Part shown: positions 28,981 through 42,520 of the stretch, one piece after another
Layout: every line of letters starts with the position of its first letter
How positions within the stretch are numbered: the first letter of the stretch is position 1
Assembly: GCF_009914755.1 (NCBI RefSeq)
Contig: NC_060932.1
Strand: one strand, 5' to 3'
From: the human T2T-CHM13v2.0 reference genome, Homo sapiens
Length of the DNA: 64,000 nt
Notes under the pieces: model-generated
What the model was told of the DNA's origin: nothing
Seen by the model: only the letters and a program-made list of their open reading frames with translations
Database searches by the model: none
Position numbers and translations under genes: made by a program

Positions 28981-31900
28981 GTGTAGAATTTTGACTGGGT
29001 GTTGGCACAGAGTGATTACTGAGTAATTACTCAGTGAATGAATGTAGATAGGAAAAGGATACGCCATATATTAAATCTTTGAGTCTCTGGACTACTTTAA
29101 GATTTGCTAGGAGGTTGTCTAATTATTCAGGTGAAATGAACACAAAGTAGTTCTTTCAGTACCCACTTCTTTCTGTTCTGCTTCCTTGTAAGACATTTGC
29201 TACTTGATTATGAATTAGGATGGTCGTGAGTGTTGGGAGTAAAAATGCCTCAGGTGCTCGGTGTGCAGGAAGTGTAGGGTGATGAATAGATAGTGTTCAA
29301 AGTGGATGAACTCCAATAATGATCTGCTGGAGGAGATAGAAAGGGGAGCCCTGTCTCTGGAGCAGAGACTTTGCCTCAGACCTGGTCAGTCCCATTGCAG
29401 ATGTAATCTGGGGCCAGGATTGCGTGTGTGTGGGGCAAGCCCTGTGAGCTGGGGTGGGGCGGCCCCTCCTCCAGCCTGTGCCACCTTGTCACTGCTCTGC
29501 AGCAGGCCTGCGCAGGCTCATCTGTGCAGGTGTGGCATGCAGTCAAATTTAAGCAAAACAGGTACCCAGTTTTCTTTTTTTAAAAAAGAGAAATAGCTTT
29601 CTCCCTAACTTTTTCTTTTGGTGGGCTACTTGTATTTACAAAATTGGATTTCTCCAGTGGGGTGGGACGCACTGGTCTGTGGTGGCATGGGTGCCGCTGG
29701 GTGTTCAGTGTGGGTTCTTGTTGGGCTGCTGGCCTGTTAGGAAGGTTTGGGACTCCAGCAGTTATGCTGCTGGCAGAATCGCCTCTGACCTTGGCTGCAG
29801 AAGCAATGGCTGGGCAGAGCAGTTGCTGTCACTTGGCTTTATGATCCCCTGCCAAAAAGACACAGGTAGTCCATGTATAAAACAAACACAGCTAATGAAT
29901 TCAGGAGGAGACTGGGCCCAGCCCTCCTTGGCACTGTTAAACATGCAGCATCAATCACTGTGAAAAGCTGGCTTGCTCAGTTCCCATGCTATACGCGGGG
30001 TTCCCAGATCTCCTCCACTCCAGTGAGTCCTGTAGTTTGCTTTAATTGTTCTGTCTATAGAAAGAATATATAATCCATTTATGGTAATAGGAGGTGAAGC
30101 TTGGAATCTTTCACAGGAACAGGTTCCCATTCTAGAACAAGTGACTGCTGGAAAACTATCCTGATGGTTTACCCCTTCATGCCCCTCCCCTCAGCTGGAA
30201 ACAAAACATCCCATGAAAACAAACAAAATCATCACACATACATACCCACACCTGCACCAGGGACACATGCGGGGCCATGACAACTCTGCAGTGTCTATTT
30301 CACGGGGTGGTTGATATATTTCAACAAATTTCGTTAAATTGCTATGGCTTTTAAGGAGATCTGATAAAAAGGAAGTTAGATTATTTAAACTGGCCAAACG
30401 TAAGAATTAGCTAAGCCTTTCTAGGAAAAACAGCATAAAAGTGGGGTAAGTGTCAAAGGGAACCAAAACAGTATCGGAGAAAATGCTTTTAAGACATGTT
30501 GCACTAATAATACTAAGCATGATACAAAGAATAGCTGAACACTTGATACTGCTCTAAGTACCTAACGTACTGACGGAAAATTACTTACTTGCTCCTCTAG
30601 AATCAACATCGTCATCCCAAGTAGGAGACCAGAGTCTGTAATCTCAGAGAGGCTGAGATGCTGCCCTCCAGTGTGATGTGAGAGATGAGTGTTGGGGACA
30701 TAGCAGATGATAGCCTCCCTTTCCCTATATTTGTAGAAGAGCAATAAAGGCCCATGCATCTCACCAGTGTAGAAGAGGAACTGGAAGGGAGGGAGGGAGG
30801 GCCATCCGGCCATGGGGAGCTGCCTGAGCAAGGCTTCCCGCTCTGCCAGGCTAAGGAGGGCAGGCCAGGCAGCTGTCGCTCACATGCTCTGGCCTGCATA
30901 TTTGGGAGGGGAAGAGCGCCTCCTTGCCAATGTGCTGCAAAGTGCTCAGCCATGAGAATTGCCACAAATCCTGTGGAGCATGCACCTTTGGAAGCATCAG
31001 GCTGGAGCTTTGACACACAAAAGAATTTTGGAAAGCCAAGTGGCCCTTGCCAAGGTTTTAGAGCTGGGATTTATCAAAGGCTTACCTGCCACACTAGTCA
31101 TAAGGAGCTCCAGGTGTCTGGGGCTCACCTGAAGCCACCTGTGATTTCCGTAGGGCCGTGTGGGAGCTATGGGTAAGCGCCTACTCCAGCTCTTGGGTAG
31201 GCCTACTTTGATCAAATGTTCTTGCATCGTAAACATTAGTCATAGGAAAGTGAGACTTCTGTGTTCTCTGTAGGTTTGTCTTCTCCTGAGGAAGTGGATG
31301 CCATGTGTCACTTTGCAGATGGATCAAGTGCAGGAGGTAAAATAACTCCCTGAGCTTCCCAGATCTTCCATTCATCATTCTTTTTCTTTCCCTTGGAAAA
31401 CTGATTTGCACAGAAATGAGAAGTTTACTCTCTTGCTTTTGGATCTGTTGCATGATCGCAAAGAAAAGAAATGCCTTACTTGATATTTCGACATTAAACT
31501 TTACAATCTGGAGAATTTTTCTTCCAGCACCTCGTCCTGGGTAGTTGAGTATAACGGCCCCCATATTTTGACCAGGAACTGAAATGAACCCCATCCAGGG
31601 CTTGCTTGGGTGTGGAAAGCTTTCAGACTCATGGGTGGAGCAGAAATCCTCATGCTGCACTCCCCCATGAAGCAGAAGTCACAATCTGTGTAGAGTCATG
31701 GAGAGGAGGAAGTTGAACTTCACTGTGCTCCGAAAATAAGACATTGTGTGGTAGAGTGTGGGCCAGCAGCCTGGGTAAGGCATGGCCCAGGTAGAGAGCT
31801 CAGGATGACTAGGTGTCTTCCCTCATTGCCACTAGGAAGTGAGTTCACTCCCAGACTCTCCTAGGACCTCAGTCTTAAGAGCGATCACAGCTGCCTGTTA

Positions 31901-33858
31901 ACCAGCCTAAATGCAAAAAGTGAAAAAGCATTGCCTTCAACTGGAAAAGAAGGGCACCTTTGAAGGAGCTGCTGCAGAGAGGTCATTGGAGGAAATCTCA
32001 GCATCCCCCACGCCCTCCCCTCCCTGTGGCTGGAAGCCATGGGGGGGCTTTCATGTTAGGTCAGAGGCTTCCCCACAGCCCCTTTCCCTTGTCTTGGAAT
32101 GTCTGTGTGAGGGCGTGGCTGGCAGAGTGGCCGGAAGTCCACAGAGTGAGAGGAGTAGGTGCTGGACCTGGCATGCAGACTCTGGGCTGTGACTCAGGCC
32201 CAGGCAGGGTGGGTGGGGAAGGGAGTGGTGGGGACATGGGGTCCTGACGGAGGTCGGGAGGCACAGGGTGTGGGTGCTGCTTGTCTCCCCAGCTTCTCCA
32301 CCGCACCATGTGTCTGGGTCTGTGATTACCGGAGGCGACTCGCAACAGGCCCAGACTCGCCTGTGTGCATAGCACTAAGGGTAATGACAACTCCTCTGTG
32401 TGTGCAGGTGCCTGTTGGAGACGCAGAGCTCTGCAGCAGCAGGTGAGCTGATGCTGCAACCTGCTAAACGCCGCTCCTGCGGAGCGCCAGGGCCCAGAGT
32501 GCACATGGCTCTCAGGCTCCGTGAAAAGCTTGCAGTGAGCTCAGCCACTGAAAAGTCACTACGAAGATGGAAAGCAAAATGAAAACCGAGTCCTCGGTAC
32601 CCTATGTTTATCTGTCTCTAAGAGAACATCCTTGGGTTTATTTATGATTTGAGTACTTCATAAGAAAAGTAGTATAAAATAGAAAATAATGTGTTGATGT
32701 CCTATATAAGTGAATCTACTCAATACAATTTATAAAGCATATGCTTCTACAGAAATGTCTTTGTACTTAGAAATGACACTTTAGTTAACTTCTTAGCCAG
32801 TCCTTGGACATTTGAGTATAAAACAAAATGGAAGTGGCTCCAGCCAGCGCCAAGAGACCCTGGGAGGTTTGCACTGTGTGCTCTGCAGGGGCCAGGTATC
32901 CTTCATCACAGCAGCAGCCTGCGTGGCCCAGCACAGCCTGCAACTGCAGAAACAGAGCTCACCGTGGCTGCTCCCCATTTACAGTTTATGCCAAAATCTA
33001 GGTCACTTGAGTTCTCAAGTGAGTTCTTAATCAGGGAGTACATGGATAAGGCCTATTTTAATGTTTTTATTTAATCCTATTTAGTTTTGTGTACTTACGG
33101 CATCATCCTGAGAAGGAAGTTTGTAGGTTTCATAGGAGCCAACATGGTTCACACACAAAGACAGGCCAAGAACCCCAAACATGCCATCGGAGAGCAGCCA
33201 GGGCCCCCAGGATTGACCCTGATCCCTGTCTCTCTTCAGGCCACTGCCTCCCCCAACCCCAGGATACCTCAGGCCTGGCACTTAGGCCCACAGCGGAGGG
33301 CATGTTCCCCCACTTCGACCTACCCCAAGACAGGCCTCTCCTTGTGAATACTGACAATGGAAAATGTTTCCTTCTGCCAAGGGAATCCCGTGGCCCTCAC
33401 AGGAGTGTGGGTTTGGCCTTGGGTCTGAATAGATGGCTGCATGACTGCCTGGGGTCATGCCGCTCAGAGGCTGAGTGCTCTAGCCTGCAGGAATAGTGGG
33501 GATGGGGGTCTACACACCAAGCCCTGGTGGACTGTGTTGGGTGGGGCAGTGTCTTCCTCAGTCTGTTGTCAAGGAGGCTGTAAAAATACTGTGGCTCAAT
33601 CTCGTCCATGGCTACAGAGCTGCATGCAGAAGCCAAAGGTGCCTGGTTTTGCCTTAGTATTTTTCACGTAGAAAGAGAAGAGACAAGTACATTCGTTTAG
33701 AAGAAACTCACCAGGAAAAGCAAGCACGGACTGACTTTTTAGGCATGTGAGCTGGATGGGAGGAAAGGCAGTGGTTGGGTGGAGGAGGGGATGACTGTTT
33801 TGCTCAGAGCCTCCTTCAGTTCAATTAGTCCGTCTTCCATCTTCACCTGCACCTGTAG

Positions 33859-34363
33859 ACACCGCTTCCTGGAGCTGTTCTGTGCAGAAGTTGAGTGAAG
33901 ATACTGCAGCGAGCCCTGGGTCTGAACGCCTGTGTGCTGACTCTAGACCTGCTCCTCAGCCCCAGTTTTCTCTGAAAAACCAGGATTCTAGCACAACTCG
34001 TACCCCCATTCTTTTCAGTCCTGCACCCACCAGCGAGCCGCAAGGCCCAGGAGCTACTGGCCCTGTTTTCCTGTCTCCAGTACTGGCCTTTGATTTATGA
34101 GATGTCCCCTGTCTCCCCTGCTTCTGACCTCCCAGGATGGCATTTGGTGATTTCTTGATGTTCTCTTGCTTTGGCATTAAAATATGGATGGGAGTGTCAT
34201 TTCCAGATCTTTTCCAGACCTGTGCAATTCTTTCCATTCTTCATAACAGCCCATGACCCACCTTCCTCTGTTTCAGCCACAAAGCTAGCCATGCCTGTGT
34301 GCGCACTGCTGTTTCTCATTGTTAATATTTTAACTGTTATTAAAAAAAAAACTTTCTTTTAAA
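33859..34363 (+). other. Candidate terminal exon of an unidentified + strand gene
   Basis: Pyrimidine-rich acceptor cttccatcttcacctgcacctgtag at 33858, stop codons in all phases (33892, 33896, 34098), then a poly(A) signal. No upstream partner exon was identified. Confidence 0.45.
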
Positions 34364-34382
34364 CTGTGTGTGTATGGTTTTA
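34339..34382 (+). terminator. Candidate polyadenylation signal (ATTAAA plus downstream GT-rich element)
   Basis: ATTAAA at 34339-34344, with tgtgtgtgtatggtttt about 20 nt downstream. Confidence 0.45.
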
Positions 34383-36074
34383 AAAATTGACGCACTTCCA
34401 GAGCTCTCAACTTCTGCAGTCTTTCTGAGGTCCGTGTTCCTCTTCTTCAGCTGGGAAGCAAATGCTTGACTTAATCCTTTCCCAGGTTTTCTTCTACAAC
34501 TCCACGTGGAAAAAAAGCAACACACTGAGCCGGAAATGCCTTGCCCAGGAGGATTTGTTGCCAGGCTGCATGGAGGGGAGTCCTTAGAACCTGGGCAGCC
34601 TTCACCTCCCCATTCCTGTCGCTCCCACGCAAGTCTTCCTTGGACAGCAGGTTGGGGCATTGTTCAAAGAAAGTCCCTGCTAACGAACAGAGTATGGCTT
34701 CCCTCATTATTACGGCAGATTTCCTCCCACTTTTTTCTTTTGTAAAATGAAGAACTCTTCACACTACAATTTTTATGGGAGATATTCCTTCTACCTTGGG
34801 TGGATGTGTGAAAAGCAGCCAGAGGAAAATATGATTAAAGAACAGGGTGGCAGAAGTTTTGGTCAAGTGAAATATTTCCTGAGAGCCCTGTCTCTTCTCT
34901 CCAGGTATCCAGTTTCCAGGCAGGTTGCATGGGAGAGAGGCAGGTGTGTGTGTGCATGCAGAGGAAAGAGAACAAAGCCCGAGGGATCCAACTTCCAGGA
35001 AATCTCTGCTGCGCTGGTGCAAAGGAAAAATAACCCCTGCTCTCCTCTCAACTTAAAAAAAATTTTCTGTTTGGTTTTAGTTTACAGAAGTCTAAATATT
35101 AAGCAGTTTCGTGGTGATAATGATGCAGCCACATTTTAGATAAATTCTTTGAACTTTTTAAAGCCCTTTGTGTTTTCCTAATAGTTACTCATAGAAGGGC
35201 TGGGATAGGAAAAATGCAGGCAGGCCAGCGCCTGCTCCTGAATGCCCGTTTGAGCAATCGTATACCCTACAAATTCAGCTCGTCACTTTTTTTTTCCTGG
35301 TGGTGGCGGCAAGAAGTTGGACGGGTTTCTGGGTACATCTCGTCCTGTGGTGAGATGAATGATTTCCTTTCAGCCTTGTATGTTTGAAATGGGTTCCTGA
35401 CATGGTGTCTGTGCCCTGATGGGAGCTGCTTGTCTGTGTGAAGACAGCTAGCAGGACACAGAGGGCTCCGGGCAGCCGGGGTCACTCCGCTCCTAGCAGG
35501 CCCACCTGCACCTCCCTCACCTGGGGGCCCTGGAGGGGGGGCTCACATGGCCCCTCTTCCCTCCAGATGTCTCAGGTCAACTCTGGGCTCTGATGTCCTG
35601 GGACATGTGCTGGGTGCTCCTGGCAGGAGCTGCTGTCGCGTCTGAAGTGTCCCTGTGGTTGGGGCTGGCAGGCAAAGGGCCAAGAGATGTTATCTTTATA
35701 ACATCTGCCGTCATCTCTGCTGTGTGGGAACTAATGGCTGCGTTTGAATAATTAGGCCTTTGCACCATAGCACAACAAAAGCCGGCATTGCTCCATTAAA
35801 GCAAACATAATTACTGTAGCTCACACATTCAGAGCCCCTTTCATCCCTCCAGAAGCTGCAGAGTCGGGAGGATCTGAGTCTCTCGCTCAGCTCCCAAGGA
35901 GCCTGCCCCCTGGGTGCAGTGTGGGCATCAGGGTGGTTTGTCTTTCTGTCTCCTCTGTGCTTCCTGAGCACTTGTGGCAGACCTCTGCTTTGGCCTTCTG
36001 CATGCTACCTTTTGGTCCCATAAGCTGTTGTCTCTTGGGCCCAGCGCTGCATCTTGCCCAAATTCATTTCCCTT

Positions 36075-36240
36075 AGGCAGATGTTGGGGCTTAAGTCTCC
36101 TGACCTCTCTGTGCCTCAGTTTATTCATCTGATAATCACCACATCTGCCCCGTCAACTTCCAGGATGGTTGTAAACATCAAACGAAGTCATGGATATAAA
36201 AGTGATTTGCAAAGTGTAAAAATGCCACACAAATAATAAA
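36075..36240 (+). mobile_element. MIR/MIR3 SINE
   Basis: acctctctgtgcctcagtttattcatctg...caggatggttgt core. Confidence 0.75.
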
Positions 36241-37859
36241 AATCTTACCGTTACTCAGGTTAGGGCACGGATACTATTTAACCAGTCACCAGTCCTGGGA
36301 CTCAGCATGTGGCCCTCCCACTGACAGCTTTTGGAAACTAGGCTTCATTTTCATGGTGGCCAGGATAACCTTAAAGACTAATGGTCATGTTTACTAGAAA
36401 CTCTGGCCTTCAACTTCCTGGGAGATGTTTCCTTTCTCTCAGTGATCAGTGTGTTCTTTTCATTAGCCAATTAATCAATATTTTTGGAACACCTATACCA
36501 AACAAGATACTGTGTTAGTCAATGTTGCAATATGAACATGTGTGAGGGCAGTGGTGAATACAAATCTCTCAAGTCCCTTATCTGAAAAAGTTGTGCCAAA
36601 TTGGTGATAAAGACAAAGATGACTCTGGATTTGGAGCAGGGACTTCCTTCATCCTTCTCTTATTTTCAAGTTCTGTTTTTTTATTCATGAATCTAGGGTT
36701 GGGGATGTGTCATGGAAGAAGTGGAAGTTGACGTACACCTTCAAAGAGGGATACACTCTTAGTCGACAAAGGAAGGATGGACTTGTAACATCATTCATTG
36801 AGAGCTCAGATGGGAATCATATTTTGGAATTTGCCCTAAGACACCCAGCCACCCATTGCTTTCCTGGGTGGCACACCTCTCACAATGGATGGGTGAGAAT
36901 CCTGCAGGCTGTCACTTGTAAGCAAACCCAAGATTAATCTGACACAGTCTTTAAGGAGCAGTGATTGTATTGTGGGCGAAAGGGGAAATGTGGGTAAATT
37001 CTTCACACCAACTTCTGAATGGAGATGTGTTGGGTTCTCCCATTTGAATTTCAAGCCTGTAGAGAAGGACACATGGGTTTGGTTTTCTTTACTTAGCAAT
37101 CTTCCTGGAGTGCTCTAACTTTCCAAGGATCCAGAGAGCTCTTTAGCCTCTGCAAAGCCCTCTGCTCTACAGAGCCGCCCCAGGCGGCTTGTAGAATCTT
37201 CACACAGGGTGGGAGCTTAACTGTCATGTATTGACATGGAAATTGCAGGTAAATGAGATCTATTTTGTCTCTTGAGGAGTTTATATTTTGTAGAGTGTAA
37301 AGATACACTAACAGGAAATTGTGTTTTACAGGGCCAAGTACGACAATAGGGTAACAGGGGAGTGTGGTAACCCTACTAAGGGAACACAGCTTGCCAAGAG
37401 CCACCAGAGAGAGTTTCTGGGAAAAGACAACGCCAGGAACATGTCTGGTGCATGAGAGGGAGTCACTCAGACGGAGAAAAGGTGCGAGGAATGCCCAAAA
37501 GGGAGGAGGGAAAGAGGCCAGTGCAGGCTGGAAAACTGGGAGAAAATGTCAAGACTGAAGTAGGTAGTGGGGGCGATTATGACATGGAAGACAAAGTGCA
37601 GTTTGAGAGGAAGAAATTGAGGAGATGGTGTTCAAGGTTTAAAATAATGAAGATGCAGATTGTGGAGGGGAACACGTTCCAAAGGCGGCCAGGTCCATGG
37701 GGTGCATGCTTGCTGAGAGGCCCTGGCACTGTAAGGCTCCCACAGATGGTTTGCTACAGGACATTTGTCATTTGCAAAGGAAGAGCTGAATTCTGGGGAT
37801 GTATGGGGAAATTTCTGAGATTCTAGCATCACGAGTTTGAGCTGAGCATGCTCTTCATT

Positions 37860-38140
37860 TGTCATCAGTTTAATGCGGGTTTATTATACACCAGACAAGA
37901 GCACTGTGGGGAATGTGAGTCCCAGGCCTCATGACATCAAAGTTGATAATAAGTGTGATGCTCTCCCAGGCTGTAACAGATGCCTGGACAACACACTCAG
38001 GGTGGCCAGACTTCTTGGCAGAGGCTGGAAGGGCTTCACTGGGGAGGGAGAGCAGAAATTTTCCAGGCAGAAGGGAGAAAAAGGGAAGGAAGTCCATTCC
38101 TGCAAGAGACACGGAGGTGTGGGAGTGTGGACAGGCCTAG
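37860..38140 (-). mobile_element. L2 fragment (more pieces at ~36460-36560 and ~37250-37560)
   Basis: Degenerate purine-rich antisense L2 3' region motifs. Confidence 0.45.
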
Positions 38141-38854
38141 GGTTGCAGCATCATGGCAAAGGTGACTCAAAGGATCTCCAGAAATCCATTGTCTTTCAGA
38201 GAGTTGTAGTGTGTGCCAAAAACCTCAACAGCCTTTCAGAAGCACCAAGTTGCCCTAACACCCTCTCCTAACCTCCTGACTGGCTCAGAACCTATCCTGT
38301 CTAAGAATAACAGTGTCTGCTGAGGAAGGGAGAGAGTTTCTCAGTCAGTGTAACATTTACCATATAAATTCCTATTCTGTTGACCTGCACATTTACCTCC
38401 TTTGAAAGTTATGGTTTTGTGGTTAGCCGAGTGCTAAAAACCTATAGGTTTCAAACCCCTCATCATTGTAAGTTTACCAGGAGGCTGAAGATGAATAGAA
38501 TCATCACCCTAGTGAAATCCTTCAGTTACCTATACCTGCAGGGGCTCATCTTAGGAATCATAGAATATCTCATAGCTTAATTTTTAAGTTTCACAATGAT
38601 GTTTATTTCTTAATGCATTGTCATAGCTTGTTCTAACCTTATCAATGTAATAATCTATTTAAATCAAACCAAACTTATTATACACTTCAGTTTAGTCTGC
38701 TTACTTTACTTCCATTTTTTTGAGGATATATTCCAAGTAATAAAATTCCACATGCAGAGTTCAAATAAAGGCATTGAATCAGCCCTTGCTGTTCTCCAGG
38801 CAAAGACATGCTTATTCCAGTAACTTTGCCAGGTGTACGAGTGTCTGCAGTTAA

Positions 38855-39187
<333 letters not shown>

Positions 39188-39449
39188 TGAACTGGCTGCT
39201 ACTGCAGCCATGCACGGATGAGTAGAATGGAGACATCCATTTCTGCTCTTGGTTTCACACAGCACATCAGAGGCTGTCAGAGCTGTAGGCCATAGAGAGT
39301 TACCAAGCCCCGCAATTTGTATTTGTTGGGTATACAATGGCGTCACATCTGCTTTCTTGAAAAACAACATTGCCTTGAGCACACACACTCCGTTGACATT
39401 CAGGTCAAAATAAGTTTTCCACTAATGCTGTGCCGTGGGGTTCAATCCT

Positions 39450-39585
39450 TCACTCATTCAGCAAATATTGACTGAGTGCCCACTACCATATGGGTAGACA
39501 GCACAGAAGAGGACTGACCAGGGCCATGTTTTCATGGATTTACGTTCTATAGAAGGGGAAAAAAAGAGAAACATAAACAGAAAAA
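39450..39585 (-). mobile_element. L2 3' end
   Basis: cactcattcagcaaatattgactgagtgcccactac is the canonical antisense L2 terminus. Confidence 0.7.
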
Positions 39586-39908
39586 AATGCAGCAGGGCAT
39601 GATATCGGGGTGCATGACTGTGGCCAGCCATGTGCAGTCCCCTCTGTGGGCACAGGTGAGACCTGGTCCTCCCTGAGACCGCACTGACATGGCTTGCCCT
39701 AGCAAACTGTGGTGATGGCACGGTTAATGTCACATTTATCTTCTAAAGTGTTGCGAGCTTAACATGTCTTCCTTTTTTCACAAAATAATGGAGGGAAATA
39801 TTAAATACTGGCCAAGGACTGAAGCCTGTTGCAGGCAGCGAGGGCTGGATTTGAAGGTGTGTAGGGCTCCCTGTCTAACTTTCCCAGACATCAGGAGACA
39901 GTGTCACC

Positions 39909-40468
39909 CTCCTGGGGGAAGAGAGGCTGCCTCAGGACTGGCAGAGTAGTCCCTACCCCGCCTCCTCTGGCACAGGCTCAGCCAGCCCACACCAGCACCC
40001 TGGGATCTCCACTGCCTGCCCCACCTCCTCCCACTGCCCCTCACTCTGGAGCTGCCCCTGTGTGTCATCAAAGCCACCAGAGCAGGAGACTCCACACACC
40101 ACTCCCTCCCTCTTGTCCCCCCACAATGCACACCATCATCTTGCAGCCAGACAATGAGCATAGGACTGCTATTCAGAAAAGCGCGTGGCTTCGGAGGCTC
40201 AGGACATGTCCTGACGGCACCTGCAGGTTTTCTTTTCCTGGGGCCACGGGCACTGGCGGTGCTGCACCTGCCGTGGGCCAGCGCCCTGCCTGTCAGCCGC
40301 ATACCTGGGCGCTGGTGCAGGCCCTGGCCTGCTCCACATCCTGCCCTGCTGCGATTCTGTCTCCCCACTGCACCATCTCTCAGTAGACTCTGTGGAGCAA
40401 GGCTGTCCCTCCCAGACTGCTATTTGATTTTCTAGAATCCTGCGGCCATGAAAGGAGAGAGAAACACC
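39909..40468. repeat. Local duplication, copy A of the high-identity block
   Basis: Direct repeat of 44720-45279, offset ~4812 bp. It does not match any transposon I recognise. Confidence 0.97.
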
Positions 40469-41247
40469 GCCCTTTTCGCCTCTCCCTCCCGGCCGCAGGC
40501 CAGGGTGAGAGCTTGCTTGCCTCATTCAGTCTGTTGTCAGTCAATTTCTTTCCTTATTATGGTGTTTCAAGAAGCAAACCCATCTCACATATATGGGGTC
40601 ATGTTGTGTTTATACTAGTGCGTATCTCAGAAGAGAGGTGAAACTCATCGTTTGGTGAAATAGGCATTTGTTGACATGAGAAGGCCAGCGTTCATCAGAA
40701 CCAACATGTATGCTTTTTATAAAACCAAAGGTTGTGTGCTACTGGATCTTGAAAGATTTATATAATTTTTTCAAGCTCTAAGAGATGTCTGCAGAGATGA
40801 GCCTGTTCAGAGAGCCAGGGAGAAGCTGACTCAGAAGTAAGTGGCAGCAAACAACTCTCAGCAGGGGCCTGGCTGAGAGCAGAAGAGGGGCATCCCTGTG
40901 GGTGCAGGAGGCCCGTCCTCTGCCCTGGGAGCTGCATCTGGCTCGCAAGGCTGGACTCCAGGGTCTGCAGTCTTCGCCCCTGTGATTTGTTCCTTGGCAC
41001 TGGAACAATGAGGAAGTTTTGCTAGTAGTGGTGGAGCAGGTGCCACTGACTTTGTGACCATAGCAGTGATTGAAATACTCCAAGTATTCTCCAGTGACAG
41101 GAGTGAAAAATCTCGTTTTCTGCTTTATTGGACCTCTTCACACAGGCTGTGCATTTCATCTAGGGTACGAGAATGCTCTGTCCACTGCACAGGTGACAGG
41201 CAGTTAAGTGACCATTGTCTAGTCAGTGGATGTCTGCTGGCAAAGGG

Positions 41248-41557
41248 AGGGAGGTGGTGACAGTGCACTTCAGTGGGGAGGGAGCCTGAGTTTCACCCAT
41301 GTAGACTAATGTCCTCTCAGCCGGCAAACCCTGCAGGCCCAGAACTCTGTGTGAGTGGCTGGGGCCCCATAACAGGGGCAATGTGGAGAAAAACAGCCAG
41401 GAGGGAGGCAGAAATAAACAAGGGGATGTGTGTTAGGGGGAGGAATGTTTTCTTCAGGGACTAAGTGGCAGCATGAGGTGCACAGCAAGCCATAAATTAC
41501 GGAGGAAGGGGCCACGCCGTGCAGCACCCATGCTGGGGCGATGGCATGCAGACGTGA
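41248..41557. repeat. Local duplication, copy A of the diverged block
   Basis: Colinear with 48166-48496, for example aggggcaatgtggagaaaaacag versus aggggcagtgtggagcaaaacag, plus shared ggatgtgtgtt and atgcagacgtg. Confidence 0.85.
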
Positions 41558-42520
41558 GAACACATGGCGGGGGGTGGTCTGGCAAGTCCTGGGCCCTCCC
41601 CGTGCTGCCCCCAAACTTTCCAGTCAGAGACCCATGTGTGGCAGTGCACTTGTGGGTGAAAGGCGGTGAGGGAAGCCTCCGTCCACTTGATGGGCACAGT
41701 GGGGATAAATCTCTTTTTAATATTAGATGTACTGACATGCCTTCCAAAGTAGATAATTCCTCTCTTCCCAGCTGGCAAGCCCACTCGGCTCTCCAGGACC
41801 ACCGCAGAGGGATGCTGAGGAAGGTGGTCTGCCTTACTTCTGGCAGGGCCCATCAGTGTTCTTCCTCATTGTGGCTGGCCACATTATTTCTAACTGCCAA
41901 AAATACCATTTGCTTTACTTTCCCTGCTTACTGCTCATGCTCATCCAGCTTGATGCTGTCCATCAAAGAGCAATTCTAGGTGCTACTAGATGGACTTGTA
42001 CAGTGAGTGCTACTGTGGTCTCATATCCACACTCTTTCTTGATTGTTTATAAGGAACCAACTTGTATGGCCACATACAGTTTGTGTGGCCTATGGGACTA
42101 GGGCATTACTTTTCTACCCTCTCAGCCATCAGCATCAGCCAGCTGGCCTGCTCACCTGTGCCTGCCCACCTGGGTCTGCTCACCTGCACCTGCCCTCCCG
42201 CCCCTGCTGCCGTCAGAGCTGAGAACAGGGCTGCTTTTGCAGGTCAGCCTTCAGGAGCCAGTGGGCAGGAGCAGCCTGCAGCCTGAGGCTGTAATCACAG
42301 GCCTGAAGGCACATCTGTTGCTCATGATCCCAGGACTGTCCAGCTCACCTTTATCATGAACTCTATTTTCCCATAACCCTCCATGAAGTGACTGGAATAG
42401 TCACAGGGTGAGTAGAAAACCATGTGCATTAATCTAGAGGCTTCCTCAGCAAGACATGCAAGTAAATGCAAAGCCAGGTGGAGCTGATGACATGGGAGAT
42501 CCAGAGAGGAGGTCTCACTT

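Noticed and set aside
40180-40240. Pol III RNA, tRNA or miRNA in the duplicated core
   Set aside because: There is no proper A/B box pair or cloverleaf, and the stems are too short for a pre-miRNA hairpin.
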